Assembly (NCBI GenBank): GCA_964016885.1
Contig: OZ024756.1
Location: 26,102,001-26,166,000, forward strand
Source: Eledone cirrhosa
Taxonomy: Eukaryota
Direction: 5' to 3'
Length of the DNA stretch: 64,000 nt
Shown: positions 25,626 to 38,647 of the stretch, piece by piece
Layout: each line of letters opens with the position of its first letter
Position numbering within the stretch: the first letter of the stretch is position 1
Translations under genes and position numbers: made by a program
Notes under the pieces: model-generated
What the model was told of the DNA's origin: nothing
Database searches by the model: none
Seen by the model: the letters and a program-made list of their open reading frames with translations, nothing else

Positions 25626-25859
25626 CCTGATCATCATCATCTATATATATATATATATATCCTCATCACCATCATCAATATATATATATAGTTTAAGATA
25701 ACAAAAGACAATCACAGGAATACAGCTACACAAAGTCTTATTAGTTTCATGCTTGTTACAAAAGGAAAATCAATGTTTCAATGTATCAAATGTTAGTCTG
25801 TCATCAGAAAAGAGCAACATTAAATGAAAGAGCAGTGGCTGAAAAGAAAAAATAGACTT

Positions 25860-25948
<89 letters not shown>

Positions 25949-26090
25949 GAGTCCAGAAATAGCCTTCGAAATGGCTTGAGCTCTGCCGTCGGGGTCATAC
26001 TTTTTCCTATTTCCCACTCTACTACCCTAAGTATTGAGTACTCTGGTGCGTTATGGTCCATCTGGTTCCTTACCACAATTCCTTCGTTTT
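25949..26090. mobile_element. (TA)n-inserted element, hairpin family copy 1
   Basis: Near-identical in reverse to 46385-46515; (TA)n on both sides. Confidence 0.75.
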
Positions 26091-26583
26091 ATATATATAT
26101 ATATATATAATATAAAATATACAAACATCATCATCATCGTTTAACGTCCACTTTCCATGGTTGGAAATATATATATATATATATATATACTTGGTAAACA
26201 CACTTGTTTGAGTACAGGAGTTGATGTCTCATTAGGCAGTGAAGTAACTCAGTAGGCGTTTTGGCATATATATATATAAAGATAGATATATTTATATATA
26301 TATATAAACATATATATATATATATAATGTTATGATGATATAATATTTGTGATGTAATCTATCTGTATATATAGTTAGTAATTTAGATATATGTAAAATA
26401 AAACAAAGCGTTGTTTGTTCTATTGCAGTTGGATATTATATAAAGTTTTTCACAAGACAATATATTCCAGATGGTGACCAGTTATCCCATTTTTGGCTCT
26501 GACTATGGATTAAGGAATATTATTAGTATTTCTAGGCGGCAAATTGGCAGAGTTGTTAGAACGTCGGATAGAATACTTTATGG

Positions 26584-29500
26584 CAGGGGTGTGCAACATA
26601 TTCCATTGGTAGGCCACTTTTGAACATTGGAATAACTATTAGGGTCATTAATATTTATTAAGCACTATTCCAAAGATTCGCCACAATTTCTTTCCATAAC
26701 ATGGAACCGGGAAATTATAACACACATAACCCTATCAGTGAAACCCTTTAGTATAGGATAACTGGGAAATTATAACACACATACCCCTATCAGTGAAACC
26801 CTTTATTATAGGTCAACTGGGAAATTATAACACACATAACCCTATCAGTGAAACCCTTTAGTATAGGTTAACTGGGAAATTATAACACACATAACCCTAT
26901 CAGTGAAACCCTTTATTATAGGTCAACTGGGAAATTATAACACACATAACCCTATCAGTGAAACCCTTTATTATAGGTTAACTGGGAAATTATAACACAC
27001 ATAACCCTACCAGTGAAACCCTTTATTATAGGTCAACTGGGAAATTATAACACACATAACCCTATCAGTGAAACCCTTTAGTATAGGACAACTGGGAAAT
27101 TATAACACACATAACCCTATCAGTGAAACCCTTTAGTATAGGTCAACTGGGAAATTATAACACACATAACCCTATCAGTGAAACCCTTTAGTATAGGTCA
27201 ACTGGGAAATTATAACACACATAACCCTATCAGTGAAACCCTTTAGTATAGGTCAACTGGGAAATTATAACACACATAACCCTATCAGTGAAACCCTTTA
27301 GTATAGGTCAACTGGGAAATTATAACACACATAACCCTATCAGTGAAACCCTTTATTATAGGTTAACTGGGAAATTATAACACACATAACCCTACCAGTG
27401 AAACCCTTTATTATAGGTCAACTGGGAAATTATAACACACATAACCCTATCAGTGAAACCCTTTAGTATAGGACAACTGGGAAATTATAACACACATAAC
27501 CCTATCAGTGAAACCCTTTAGTATAGGTCAACTGGGAAATTATAACACACATAACCCTATCAGTGAAACCCTTTAGTATAGGTCAACTGGGAAATTATAA
27601 CACACATAACCCTATCAGTGAAACCCTTTATTATAGGTCAACTGGGAAATTATAACACACATAACCCTATCAGTGAAACCCTTTAGTATAGGACAACTGG
27701 GAAATTATAACACACATAACCCTATCAGTGAAACCCTTTAGTATAGGACAACTGGGAAATTATAACACACATAACCCTATCAGTGAAACCCTTTAGTATA
27801 GGTCAACTGGGAAATTATAACACACATAACCCTATCAGTGAAACCCTTTAGTATAGGTCAACTGGGAAATTATAACACACATAACCCTATCAGTGAAACC
27901 CTTTAGTATAGGTCAACTGGGAAATTATAACACACATAACCCTATCAGTGAAACCCTTTAGTATAGGTTAACTGGGAAATTATAACACACATAACCCTAT
28001 CAGTGAAACCCTTTAGTATAGGTCAACTGGGAAATTATAACACACATAACCCTATCAGTGAAACCCTTTAGTATAGGTCAACTGGGAAATTATAACACAC
28101 ATAACCCTATCAGTGAAACCCTTTATTATAGGTCAACTGGGAAATTATAACACACATAACCCTATCAGTGAAACCCTTTAGTATAGGTCAACTGGGAAAT
28201 TATAACACACATAACCCTATCAGTGAAACCCTTTAGTATAGGACAACTGGGAAATTATAACACACATAACCCTATCAGTGAAACCCTTTAGTATAGGTTA
28301 ACTGGGAAATTATAACACACATAACCCTATCAGTGAAACCCTTTAGTATAGGTCAACTGGGAAATTATAACACACATAACCCTATCAGTGAAACCCTTTA
28401 GTATAGGTCAACTGGGAAATTATAACACACATAACCCTATCAGTGAAAGCCTTTAGTATAGGTCAACTGGGAAATTATAACACACATAACCCTATCAGTG
28501 AAGGCCTTTAGTATAGGTCAACTGGGAAATTATAACACACATAACCCTATCAGTGAAACCCTTTAGTATAGGTTAACTGGGAAATTATAACACACATAAC
28601 CCTATCAGTGAAACCCTTTAGTATAGGTTAACTGGGAAATTATAACACACATAACCCTATCAGTGAAACCCTTTAGTATAGGTTAACTGGGAAATTATAA
28701 CACACATAACCCTATCAGTGAAACCCTTTAGTATAGGTTAACTGGGAAATTATAACACACATAACCCTATCAGTGAAACCCTTTAGTATAGGTCAACTGG
28801 GGAATTATAACACACATAACCCTATCAGTGAAACCCTTTATTATAGGTCAACTGGGAAATTATAACACACATAACCCTATCAGTGAAACCCTTTAGTATA
28901 GGTCAACTGGGAAATTATAACACACATAACCCTATCAGTGAAACCCTTTAGTATAGGTCAACTGGGAAATTATAACACACATAACCCTATCAGTGAAACC
29001 CTTTAGTATAGGTCAACTGGGAAATTATAACACACATAACCCTATCAGTGAAACCCTTTAGTATAGGTTAACTGGGAAATTATAACACACATAACCCTAT
29101 CAGTGAAACCCTTTAGTATAGGTCAACTGGGAAATTATAACACACATAACCCTATCAGTGAAACCCTTTAGTATAGGTCAACTGGGAAATTATAACACAC
29201 ATAACCCTATCAGTGAAACCCTTTAGTATAGGTCAACTGGGAAATTATAACACACATAACCCTATCAGTGAAACCCTTTAGTATAGGTCAACTGGGAAAT
29301 TATAACACACATAACCCTATCAGTGAAACCCTTTATTATAGGTCAACTGGGAAATTATAACACACATAACCCTATCAGTGAAACCCTTTAGTATAGGTCA
29401 ACTGGGAAATTATAACACACATAACCCTATCAGTGAAACCCTTTAGTATAGGTCAACTGGGAAATTATAACACACATAACCCTATCAGTGAAACCCTTTA

Positions 29501-29613
29501 GTATAGGTCAACTAACAGAAAATTGCATTACGGTTATGAAAAAAATTCTAACTAAACCTACAAGGTAAAAATTAAAAACGGTCATCGCAGGCCACTCTGA
29601 CTGGTTTGGCGGG
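26584..29613 (+). mobile_element. Probable hAT-type non-autonomous element hosting the 55-bp array
   Basis: Begins CAGGGGTGTGCAAC...GGCCAC and ends ...CGCAGGCCAC...TTTGGCGGG, resembling hAT MITE subterminal motifs; right TIR not seen. Confidence 0.45.
26706..29513. repeat. 55-bp satellite array, ~51 copies
   Basis: Unit ACTGGGAAATTATAACACACATAACCCTATCAGTGAAACCCTTTAGTATAGGTCA; exact 55-bp register holds from 26761 to 29511. Confidence 0.98.
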
Positions 29614-30075
29614 AAGAAGAAGACAACAATGATGATGGTGGAGAAGAAGAAGAAGAAGAAGAAGATGACGAAGAAGAAGAAGAAGAAGAAGAAGAAGAAG
29701 AAGATAAAACGACGACTATGGACTATGAGGAAGAAGAAAAAGAAGAAGGAGGAGGAGGTGACTACATATTATCTCTCAGGGGAATTAGACTTATTAGAAA
29801 TTAGTAGTCAGACTCATGATTTACATAATTCTGTGATTAATTACATTTACATGTAATTAATCACACAGTTGCTTCTGACAGGACCTGCTGGAAGGAATGT
29901 TTGAGGGCTCTGCTCCCACGACCCTCCCAGGATTAAGTGGACAAAGAAGAAAAAGAGAAGTGTGATTAATTATACTTTATATATTATGATAGTCATTAGT
30001 GAAAGTAATTAATTTACTTTATATATTATGACAGTCAATAGAGAAAGTAATTAATTATATTTTATATATTATGAT

Positions 30076-30980
30076 TTAACTTTGGTGGGAGTCCCACAAC
30101 TTCATGTCTTCATCAAAGCTATCCTCCACTTTACTCTCAGAGCTATCTTCCACACTCTGGGAGCTATCTTCCACACTCTGGGAGCTATCTTCCACACTCT
30201 GGGAGCTATCTTCCACACTCTGGGAGCTATCTTCGACACTATCCTCAAAGCCATCTTCCACAATCTCAGAGCTATCCTCCACTCCATCCTCAGAGCTATC
30301 CTTAACTCCATCCTCAGAGCTTTCCTCCACTCCACCCTCAGGGCTTTCCTCCACTCCATCCTCAGAGCTTTCCTCCACTCCATCCTCAGAGCTATCCTTA
30401 ACTCCATCCTCAGAGCTTTCCTCCACACTATCCTCAGAGCTATCTTCCCCTATATCTTCGGAGCCATCTTCCACAATCTCAGGGCTATCCTCCACACTAT
30501 CTTCAGAGCTATCCTCCACTCCATCCTCAGAGCCTTCCTCCACTCCATCCTCAGAGCTATCCTTAACTCCATCCTGAGAGCTATCCTCTCCTTTGTCAGA
30601 GCTATCGTCCACTCTCATCTCAAAGCTACCTCCCACTCTCATCTCAAAGCTACCTCCCACTCTCCTCTTGGAGCTGTCCTCCACTCTACTCCCAAGGCTG
30701 TCCATTACTCTCACGTCACTGCTTTCCTGCACCACTCTCACATCACTCATGTCCTCCACTACCCTCACATCACTGTTATCCTTCTCCACCACTCTCACGT
30801 CTCCTATATCTCCAGAGTCCAATATGTTTTCATTCTTCAGAGAACCATTTCCAGCTTGTTTCAAATTTCCCTCTAGATTTTCAGTCAAGTCAGTCTTTAT
30901 TTTAGGGATTTCTAATATTTCAGAAATATTTAAAATCCATGGTGCTGCCTCGAACTCTTCAAGACTTATTTTTCCATCTC
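30076..30980 (-). CDS. Secreted EF-hand/acidic-repeat protein, last coding exon (end of EF-hand 2 plus D/E/S-rich tail)
   Basis: Acceptor tttcatcacttttag|GA. The phase-1 join rebuilds DADKN-R-DGKISLEEFEAAPW, a canonical 12-residue EF loop, in frame with ORF 30076..30888 to TAA. Confidence 0.9.
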
Positions 30981-31199
30981 CTAAAAGTGATGAAAGAATA
31001 AAATTAGTTTAAATAAAGTTTATGGCCTCAGTAGAAAGTGTTTTTAGTTAAAATCCAGGACAACACCATTATGTAGCAAAACAAGGCCTACATCAACAGC
31101 TGCCAAATTTTACAACTTGATGTTATACAACAGGTTTATATTTACAATAGAATACCTGCAATCAATATGTTATTAAGTTACAATACAAAACCATATGTA

Positions 31200-31380
31200 G
31201 TGTCTTTTATTATAAATATGGTAATGAAAAGGTTATAGACATAGGCAGTGTCTTTCATTAGAAATATGGTAGTGAAAGGATTAAAGCCATAGGCAGTGTC
31301 TTTCATTAGAAATATGGTAATGAAAGGGTTAATGATAGAGGCAGTGTCTTTCATTAGAAATATGATAATGAAAGGGTTAA
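31200..31380. repeat. ~46-bp tandem repeat (4x) of a TTAA-MITE terminus
   Basis: 'gtgtctttcattagaaatatggtaatgaaagggttaa'-like unit repeated; the same terminus occurs singly near 15815 and 45410. Confidence 0.7.
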
Positions 31381-31429
31381 GGACTTGTATTTTTCTTTTA
31401 GTTGATAAATGTTGCTAACTGTAACTTAC

Positions 31430-31640
31430 TGTTTTTATCAGCATCTTTAAAAGCTGCTTTAGCATTTTGTCTGGCGCCAGTTGTGTTGATGAGTTCCTGC
31501 AGGCTGATCAATTTATCATTATCCTGGCTGTCATAACGTGAAAAATTCTCTGGAAGAGGAACTGGCCGAAACTCTTCAGAGTTGTCTTTGGAGCTGATCA
31601 GCGGCTGTTTTAGGGATTCAAGATTCTTTATATTTTCAAC
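31430..31640 (-). CDS. Secreted EF-hand/acidic-repeat protein, middle coding exon (EF-hand 1, start of EF-hand 2)
   Basis: Acceptor tttttttcccctcag|, donor A|gtaagt, 211 bp; VENIKNLESLKQPLISSKDNSEEFRPVPLPENFSRYDSQDNDKLISLQELINTTGARQNAKAAFKDADKN. Confidence 0.92.
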
Positions 31641-32945
31641 CTGAGGGGAAAAAAAGACCAACATATGAATCAAGGGGATGTTTTTTTAATTTATTTTCTT
31701 TATAAGTTAAGGTTAGGGTTAGGTTTAAGAGGAACAATGACAACAATACCTACAACAAATTGGTATAGGAAATCTTCCCTCTCCCCCTCCCAGTTTCCAC
31801 CCAATACAGTCTCTAATTAATAAAGAACGTTAGATGGAGGGAACAATAGTACCCTTTGTAGGGTGTCTGTGACTGGTGGAAGCTAAAGAAAGATGGAAGG
31901 ATGGATTCTTGAACTGCAGACTTGGCCTTTGCAAAATGGTGGAATCTGCTAATGGCACCCAAGGACCAGATAGAAGTGCTAAACTGGGTGACAGATTGAG
32001 TCTACCACTCAAAGACCACGTGGTGGTGTTAAACTAGGTGACAGATTAAGTCTACCACCCAAGGACCAGGTGGTGGTTGTAAACTGGATAACAGATTAAA
32101 TTTACCATCCAAGGACTAGGTGAGAGATTAAGTCTCCCACCTGAGTAGCTACAGTGGAGTTTGAACTCAGAAGATAAAGAGCCAGAAGTAATACCACAAG
32201 TCATCTAGTTTGTTGCTCTAACAACACCACCAGTCTACTGCCTTCCACTCCTACTTTATTTAACAACACCAAAACTTGACATCAGTGAGAAACATTGCAA
32301 AAAATACTGCAAGGAATATTGTGCTACATTAAGGCCAATTAGGTTGCAGACCTGAGAGAAGGACATAACTGATTCTTAAAGGATCACAGTTTTATACAAA
32401 TTTATATAATTCAATTAAATACATAATAATTTCCTGCAATCAATAAAGACATTACTAAACAACTTTGCCAAAAAGGAGGCTTGTCAGCTTGCCAAACTGT
32501 AAGTTGAAATTATTTTATTTGGAAGAATGTAGCGCATAACTGGAAGAAGTGGGTACACATTATAGAGCTACCCAAGGGCACTAAATCCCCGGGTGTACAC
32601 TATAGGGTTACCCAAAGGCACTAAATACCCAAGTCCACATTATAGAGCTAGTCTGGAGCACTAAATACCCAGGTCAACATTATAGAGTTAGTCTAAATAT
32701 CCAGGCAGCAGCTATGCCTACACTCAAATGACTCTGCCATTTCACCACTTAAAGAAACAAAGTTACCTATAAGTGTAAACATTCAGTTGACTTATGAAAC
32801 ATTGGGGGGGGGGGGGGGGGGTGAAATTTGAAAATATAGTCTCCACAATACAGATAACTATAAATAATAGTCGTATAAATTGAGTAAATTACTCTGGGAG
32901 ACGGAAAAAAAGGCAAATAGAAATACCTATCTTTAAGTTACTTAC

Positions 32946-33065
32946 CTTCAAAAATTCCATTTTATTATTTCTGTTGTGTGCTGGAAGCTGAAGAGATCGC
33001 TGCCAAGATAGACTTATCCATAACAGACAACAGAAACACAGCAGAACAGAATGATGCCTTACCAT
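32946..33065 (-). CDS. Secreted EF-hand/acidic-repeat protein, first coding exon (signal peptide)
   Basis: MVRHHSVLLCFCCLLWISLSWQRSLQLPAHNRNNKMEFLK has a basic n-region plus hydrophobic core. Donor AAG|gtaagt, phase 0. An acceptor (ttaatttcag) 6 nt before the ATG implies an upstream non-coding exon. Confidence 0.85.
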
Positions 33066-33329
33066 TTTCAACTGAAATTAACAGAACATGATCAGAATTT
33101 CTTTCATATAATTCTGAAAATAGAGACAATCCATGCCAATGTGGAGAGCAGACATGAAATAATGATAATGTTGTATGTACTATTGTCTGTGAAGTAGAAA
33201 TAATGTTGTTGTATGTACTATGGTGTGTACTACATGTAAAACCTACATTCTTAGCTAAACTCCCCAAGATCCCATTACATCTCTTGTGTACACATAGTTT
33301 GCATTTGGGACAGAGGATGCAATTTCTAC

Positions 33330-33862
33330 CTTTCCTACATACTGAGTAAGGCTATTTTCCTGAGGAGATCAGGGTTCTGTTTTCTCTTCTACTTACTAGG
33401 AACTTGGTCTTTGTCAGGTTCACTTTAAAACCCCTTGTTTCTAGGCCCTGCTTCCATGTTTGGAATTTCTTCTATAGTTCTACCATAGACTCCACTATGA
33501 GTGTAAGATCATCTGTGTACAGGAGTTTTCATGGGCAGCCAGTCTTAAACTCTTTTGTTATAGTCTGCAGTACAATAGTAAATAGGAGAGGGCTAAGAAC
33601 AGAGCTCTGGTGGAAGCCAACCTTTACGCTAAATTTCTTGCTATAGTGGCTTGCACAGCCTTCACAAGCCATTCATCTTCTCCTAGTTTTCTAAGAGCCC
33701 ACCAGATCATGGCACAGGACACTCTGTCAAAAGCTTTTTCCAGATCAACAAATGTCAGGTGGAGTGGCTTACTTTTAGCCAAGAAGAGAGCATCTGTGGT
33801 TCTTTTGCTTGGTACAAATCCAAATTGCATCTCATCTAGATTTACCTGGTCCCTAATCAACA
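33330..33862 (-). mobile_element. RTE LINE reverse-transcriptase fragment
   Basis: LDEMQFGFVPSKRTTDALF...FVDLEKAFDRVS..IWWALRKLG. Confidence 0.92.
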
Positions 33863-34700
33863 TGTACACAGAATTATATTAGAACATATGTATACACAGG
33901 GTTATATTAGTACATATAAATTGTGTACACAGAATTATATTAGTACATATAAATTGTGTACACAGAATTATATTAATACATATAAAATGTGTACACAGAA
34001 TTATATTAATACATATAAAATGTGTACACAGAATTATATTAATACATATAAATTGTGTACACAGAATTATATTAGTACATATAAATTGTGTACACAGAAT
34101 TATATTAATACATATAAAATGTGTACACAGAATTATATTAATACATATAAAATGTGTACACAGAATTATATTAGTACATATAAATTGTGTACACAGAATT
34201 ATATTAATACATATAAAATGTGTACACAGAATTATATTAATACATATAAAATGTGTACACAGAATTATATTAATACATATAAATTGTGTACACAGAATTA
34301 TATTAATACTTATAAAATGTGTACACAGAATTATATTAATACATATAAATTGTGTACACAGAATTATATTAATACATATAAAATGTGTACACAGTTATAT
34401 TAGTACATATAAATTGTGTACACAGAATTATATTAATACATATAAAATGTGTACACAGAATTATATTAGTACATATAAAATGTGTACACAGTTATATTAG
34501 TACATATAAATTGTGTACACAGAATTATATTAATACATATAAAATGTGTACACAGAATTATATTAGTACATATAAAATGTGTACACAGAATTATATTAGT
34601 ACATATAAAATGTGTACACAGTTATATTAGTATATATAAAATGTGTACACAGTTATATTAGTACATATAAAATGTGTACACAGTTATATTAGTACATATG
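33862..34700. repeat. 33-bp minisatellite (~25 copies, with 31-bp variants)
   Basis: Unit TGTGTACACAGAATTATATTA(A/G)TACATATAAA(A/T). Confidence 0.97.
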
Positions 34701-35218
34701 AATCTGAATACGCTCCCATAATTTTGGCATATATTTGGTATTTCGTTAAATTATAAATTAACAACATACGTGTTGCCAATTCAATGACTGAACCTGTAAG
34801 TGGTCACTAAAGATGTTAGAAATAACAGTTAAATTTCCCTCATGTTACACCTGAATGTCCTATGAAATGGATATATTGCATAATATGGTCTGCAAGGGAA
34901 AAAAGGTATATAGGGCTGGATGAAATATAAGGTGGGAAAGTCATGGTTGGGATGTCTTTGAATTATAGGTTAGTTGAATCAGGACTGGCTGACCTGGGGC
35001 TAAACAACAATATTTACTACTTTCATATCAGCACCACCACAACCACAACCACCATCACCATCACAACCACAACCACCATCACCATCACCATCACCATCAC
35101 CATCACCATCACCATCACCATTGTTGCATAAAACAATATTTTGGAATGAAGCCTGGTGTTTGTTTTAAGAGAAAATTTCTTTAACTTTTGGATTTTTGGA
35201 AACAGACTGACCCCCCCC

Positions 35219-35295
<77 letters not shown>

Positions 35296-35374
35296 AGACA
35301 CGCACATTTTCTGGCACTGTCTCACTCTGCATCACTCTAAAACTGACTTTTAGCATCTTTTCAAGGAATGTTGG

Positions 35375-35390
35375 TATGTACATGTGTATG

Positions 35391-35442
<52 letters not shown>

Positions 35443-35454
35443 CATGTGTATGTA

Positions 35455-35533
<79 letters not shown>

Positions 35534-35596
35534 GTATATGTGTATGTATGTATATATATATGTATATATATATATATATATGTATATCTGTATGTA

Positions 35597-35649
<53 letters not shown>

Positions 35650-35670
35650 GTGTATGTATGTATATATATA

Positions 35671-35721
<51 letters not shown>

Positions 35722-35730
35722 ATGTGTATG

Positions 35731-35807
<77 letters not shown>

Positions 35808-35834
35808 GTGTATGTATGTATGTATATATATATG

Positions 35835-35887
<53 letters not shown>

Positions 35888-35894
35888 GTGTATG

Positions 35895-35962
<68 letters not shown>

Positions 35963-35982
35963 TATATATATATATATATATA
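35375..35982. repeat. Long interrupted (TA)n tract
   Basis: Seen directly. Confidence 0.98.
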
Positions 35983-36175
35983 TGAAGAATTTGGGACCCC
36001 GACGGCTGAGCTCCTGCTGTTTCAATAGCTAGATCCGAAAGTGTCTAGCTGTTGAAACGACAGGTGTTCAGCCATCGGGGTCCTGAATTCTTCATATTAC
36101 TCACTCTACTACCCCAAGTATTGAGTACTCTGGTGAGTAATGGTCTAACTGGTTTTTACCGCATCCATTCTGATT
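35981..36175. mobile_element. (TA)n-inserted element, hairpin family copy 2 (diverged)
   Basis: ~52-bp inverted arms at 35981-36096, then 'cactctactacccc aagtattgagtactctggtg', shared with copies 1 and 3. Confidence 0.75.
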
Positions 36176-36188
36176 TATATATATATAT

Positions 36189-36266
<78 letters not shown>

Positions 36267-36618
36267 CAGCTGGCTTAGTACTTAGGGTGGGCCCACAATC
36301 ATAAAGTCATGAGTTCAAAATACATATAGACCATTCGTAGTGTACACTTAACCCTTTAGCATTAACATTACTCTATATATACTATTATATTTTCATGGTA
36401 AAGGCTTTACCTCGCATAATTATCTCGCATAATATCGAATCTATGAGATTTTGAAAGTATTTATTTTGAGAACAATACCTTAACATCAGTTTGAGCAACC
36501 AGTTACAGCCAGTTTCAACAGAAAGAGGTAGAGAATTCTGGCCGGTTTTGGCCGGTTTGAACACTAAAGGGTTAATGCAATATATATACAGTATAAAAAT
36601 AGTGTATACATAGTACAT

Positions 36619-37052
36619 CATCATCACCATTGTTTTGATGCCTGCTTTTCCATGCTTGCACGGGTTGAACAGGTTTTTTACAGCGCGCCATCTCTCCACT
36701 TGTCGCATTCCTTTGTCACCTGTCACCTCCTCTGCCAGGTCTTTCTTGGTTGTCCTCTATTGCAGCTTCCTTCCACTGGGATTTCCTGGCATTTCTTTAC
36801 CTATCGGTCATTGTCCATATCAACCACAGTCTTCTTTCTCTCCTGTACACCATCTAGGATTCCCCTTAAATCCAGCTTCTCTCTTCACTCATCCAAGCTC
36901 TGCCTTTCTCTCACATTTACATTGCACATCCAATGAAATATGGTTGCTTCATTTCTCTTCAGTCTATGCATGTCTTCTGCAGTCCCAGCCCATGTCTCAC
37001 TACCATGCACCATCATGCACTGCACACAGGGGTCATACAACCTTCCTTTTGT
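36619..37052 (-). mobile_element. RTE LINE 3' fragment
   Basis: KGRLYDPCVQCMMVHGSETWA...RLKRNEATIFHWMCNV; ends in an (ATG)n tail. Confidence 0.85.
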
Positions 37053-37064
37053 AAATGATATATA

Positions 37065-38136
37065 TCTATATATATAAAGTTGGAGTTCCTGTCTGTTTGT
37101 TTGTTTGTTCACGAACTCCTCCTATGGTTTTGGAGATAGACCCCCATAAACATATATATTCTGAAACTACATTGCCCAGGGTACTTGGATAAGTATATTT
37201 CATTTTAAAGGGTTCCCTGGGGGCACAAACCCCCACTGAAAATCTTTTCCCTTCGATTTATATGAAATTTAAACCATAAGTAAATGACAAGATATGATGC
37301 CTATTCACAAAATTTCAGCAAATTTCAATAATATTAAGACACCCTAATGGAGGTTAAACTCCCTACAGTGAAAATTTTGGAAGCCTATAACTTGAGTATT
37401 GGAACCTCTATTATCACAGGTTTTTTCTATTAATTAAACATAAATCAACAAAAAAAGCAACTCCCTTTTATAGTAAAATTTGGCCAATTTAGACATTTTT
37501 TCAGACATCCCTTATGCCATGGAAAAGAAAATCCAGTTATGCAAATAATCCATATGCAAAAAGGATGAGGCTTCGTCGTCAATCTGAAAGCTGTGATGCA
37601 AGGGAAGAACGACTTTCTAGGCAAAGACAGAGGCAAACAGAGTCTCGGCAAAATGAAAGTGGTTATGCAAGGGAGGGATGACTTTCTAGTCAAAGACAGA
37701 GGTAAACAGAGTCTCGGCAAAATGAAAGTGGTTATGCAAGGGAAGAACGACTTTCTAGGCAAAGACAGAGGCAAACAGAGTCTCGGCAAAATGAAAGTGG
37801 TTATGCAAGGGAAGAACGACTTTCTAGGCATAGACAGAGGCAAACAGAGTCTCGGCAAAATGAAAGTGGTTATGCAAGGGAGGGATGACTTTCTAGGCAA
37901 AGACAGAGGCAAACAGAGTCTCGGCAAAATGAAACTTTTGGTGAGCATCAAGAAAGACAGGAACAAGATAGTTTTCGCCATATAGTTGCAAGAAGAAATG
38001 ACTCTGAAGAAAAAAGACAACAGAATTTGATTGCTGATAGTTTTCTCCATAAATTACATCACTGATTTAAAATCAATCATCATTTTCTTACAAAAAAAAT
38101 GTGTGAAATGCAGCAAGGCGTGGGTAATTCGGCTAG
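37065..38136 (+). mobile_element. Non-autonomous Helitron retaining the N-terminus of its Rep/helicase ORF
   Basis: A|TCTATATATATAAAG...CTGTCTGTTTG at the 5' end and ...GCGTGGGTAATTCGGCTAG|T at the 3' end, no TSD. Internal frame MPWKRKSS...RMRLRRQSE followed by 'AREERLSRQRQRQTESRQNE' repeats. Confidence 0.8.
37597..37933 (+). repeat. 69-bp (23-codon) repeat x5 inside the Helitron
   Basis: 'atgcaaggg' recurs at 69-bp intervals from 37597. Confidence 0.95.
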
Positions 38137-38647
38137 TATATATATATATATAATAATGAGATTATTGTGTACGGTGCTCAGGTGCACTACAACTCATCAA
38201 AGGTGCATGTATAGTACATAGAATAATGTACAAATATATAGTGTAAAATGAGTTGTGACAACACTGGTTCCAAGGTGTATCGGTCTTTTCCTTGGAAAAC
38301 AATTGTATCATGGAGAGGAGAGATTGACATGGTTGGGTGACTGCTGGTCTTCCATAAAACACCCTTCACCAGGCATAAACCTTGTAGAACTATGGTTAGT
38401 CAAGGGTGAAAGGAGCTTCTCTCTCCTAACTTCTCTCACACTCATTTCTTTCCCAATGAAGGACTTACACTGGCACACACACTACACACACTACACACAC
38501 ACACACACACATATATATATAAACACACACACACTTCTCTCACCATTTCATACTTGTGTGAACCTAATAACTTTTTATAAATGTTCTCTGTGTTTTATAT
38601 GTATATATATGTATATATACATATATTTGCATATATATATATATATA

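Noticed and set aside
25748-25812. Minus-strand CUGAUGA...GAAAC hammerhead-like motif (a similar half-motif lies at 22780-22820)
   Set aside because: Stems II and III do not pair convincingly; at most decayed Penelope-type copies.
30082-31012. Antisense and alternative-frame ORFs over the acidic tail (LRAILHSI, SSELSST and WRKALRME repeats)
   Set aside because: Shadow frames of a stop-free 21/24-bp repeat; only the acidic frame is joined to the EF-hand by splicing.
31703-31728. TTAGGG-like run
   Set aside because: Only one or two exact units; not an interstitial telomere.
33888-34630. YKMCTQNYINT repeat ORFs
   Set aside because: 33-bp minisatellite whose frame is broken by 31-bp variants.
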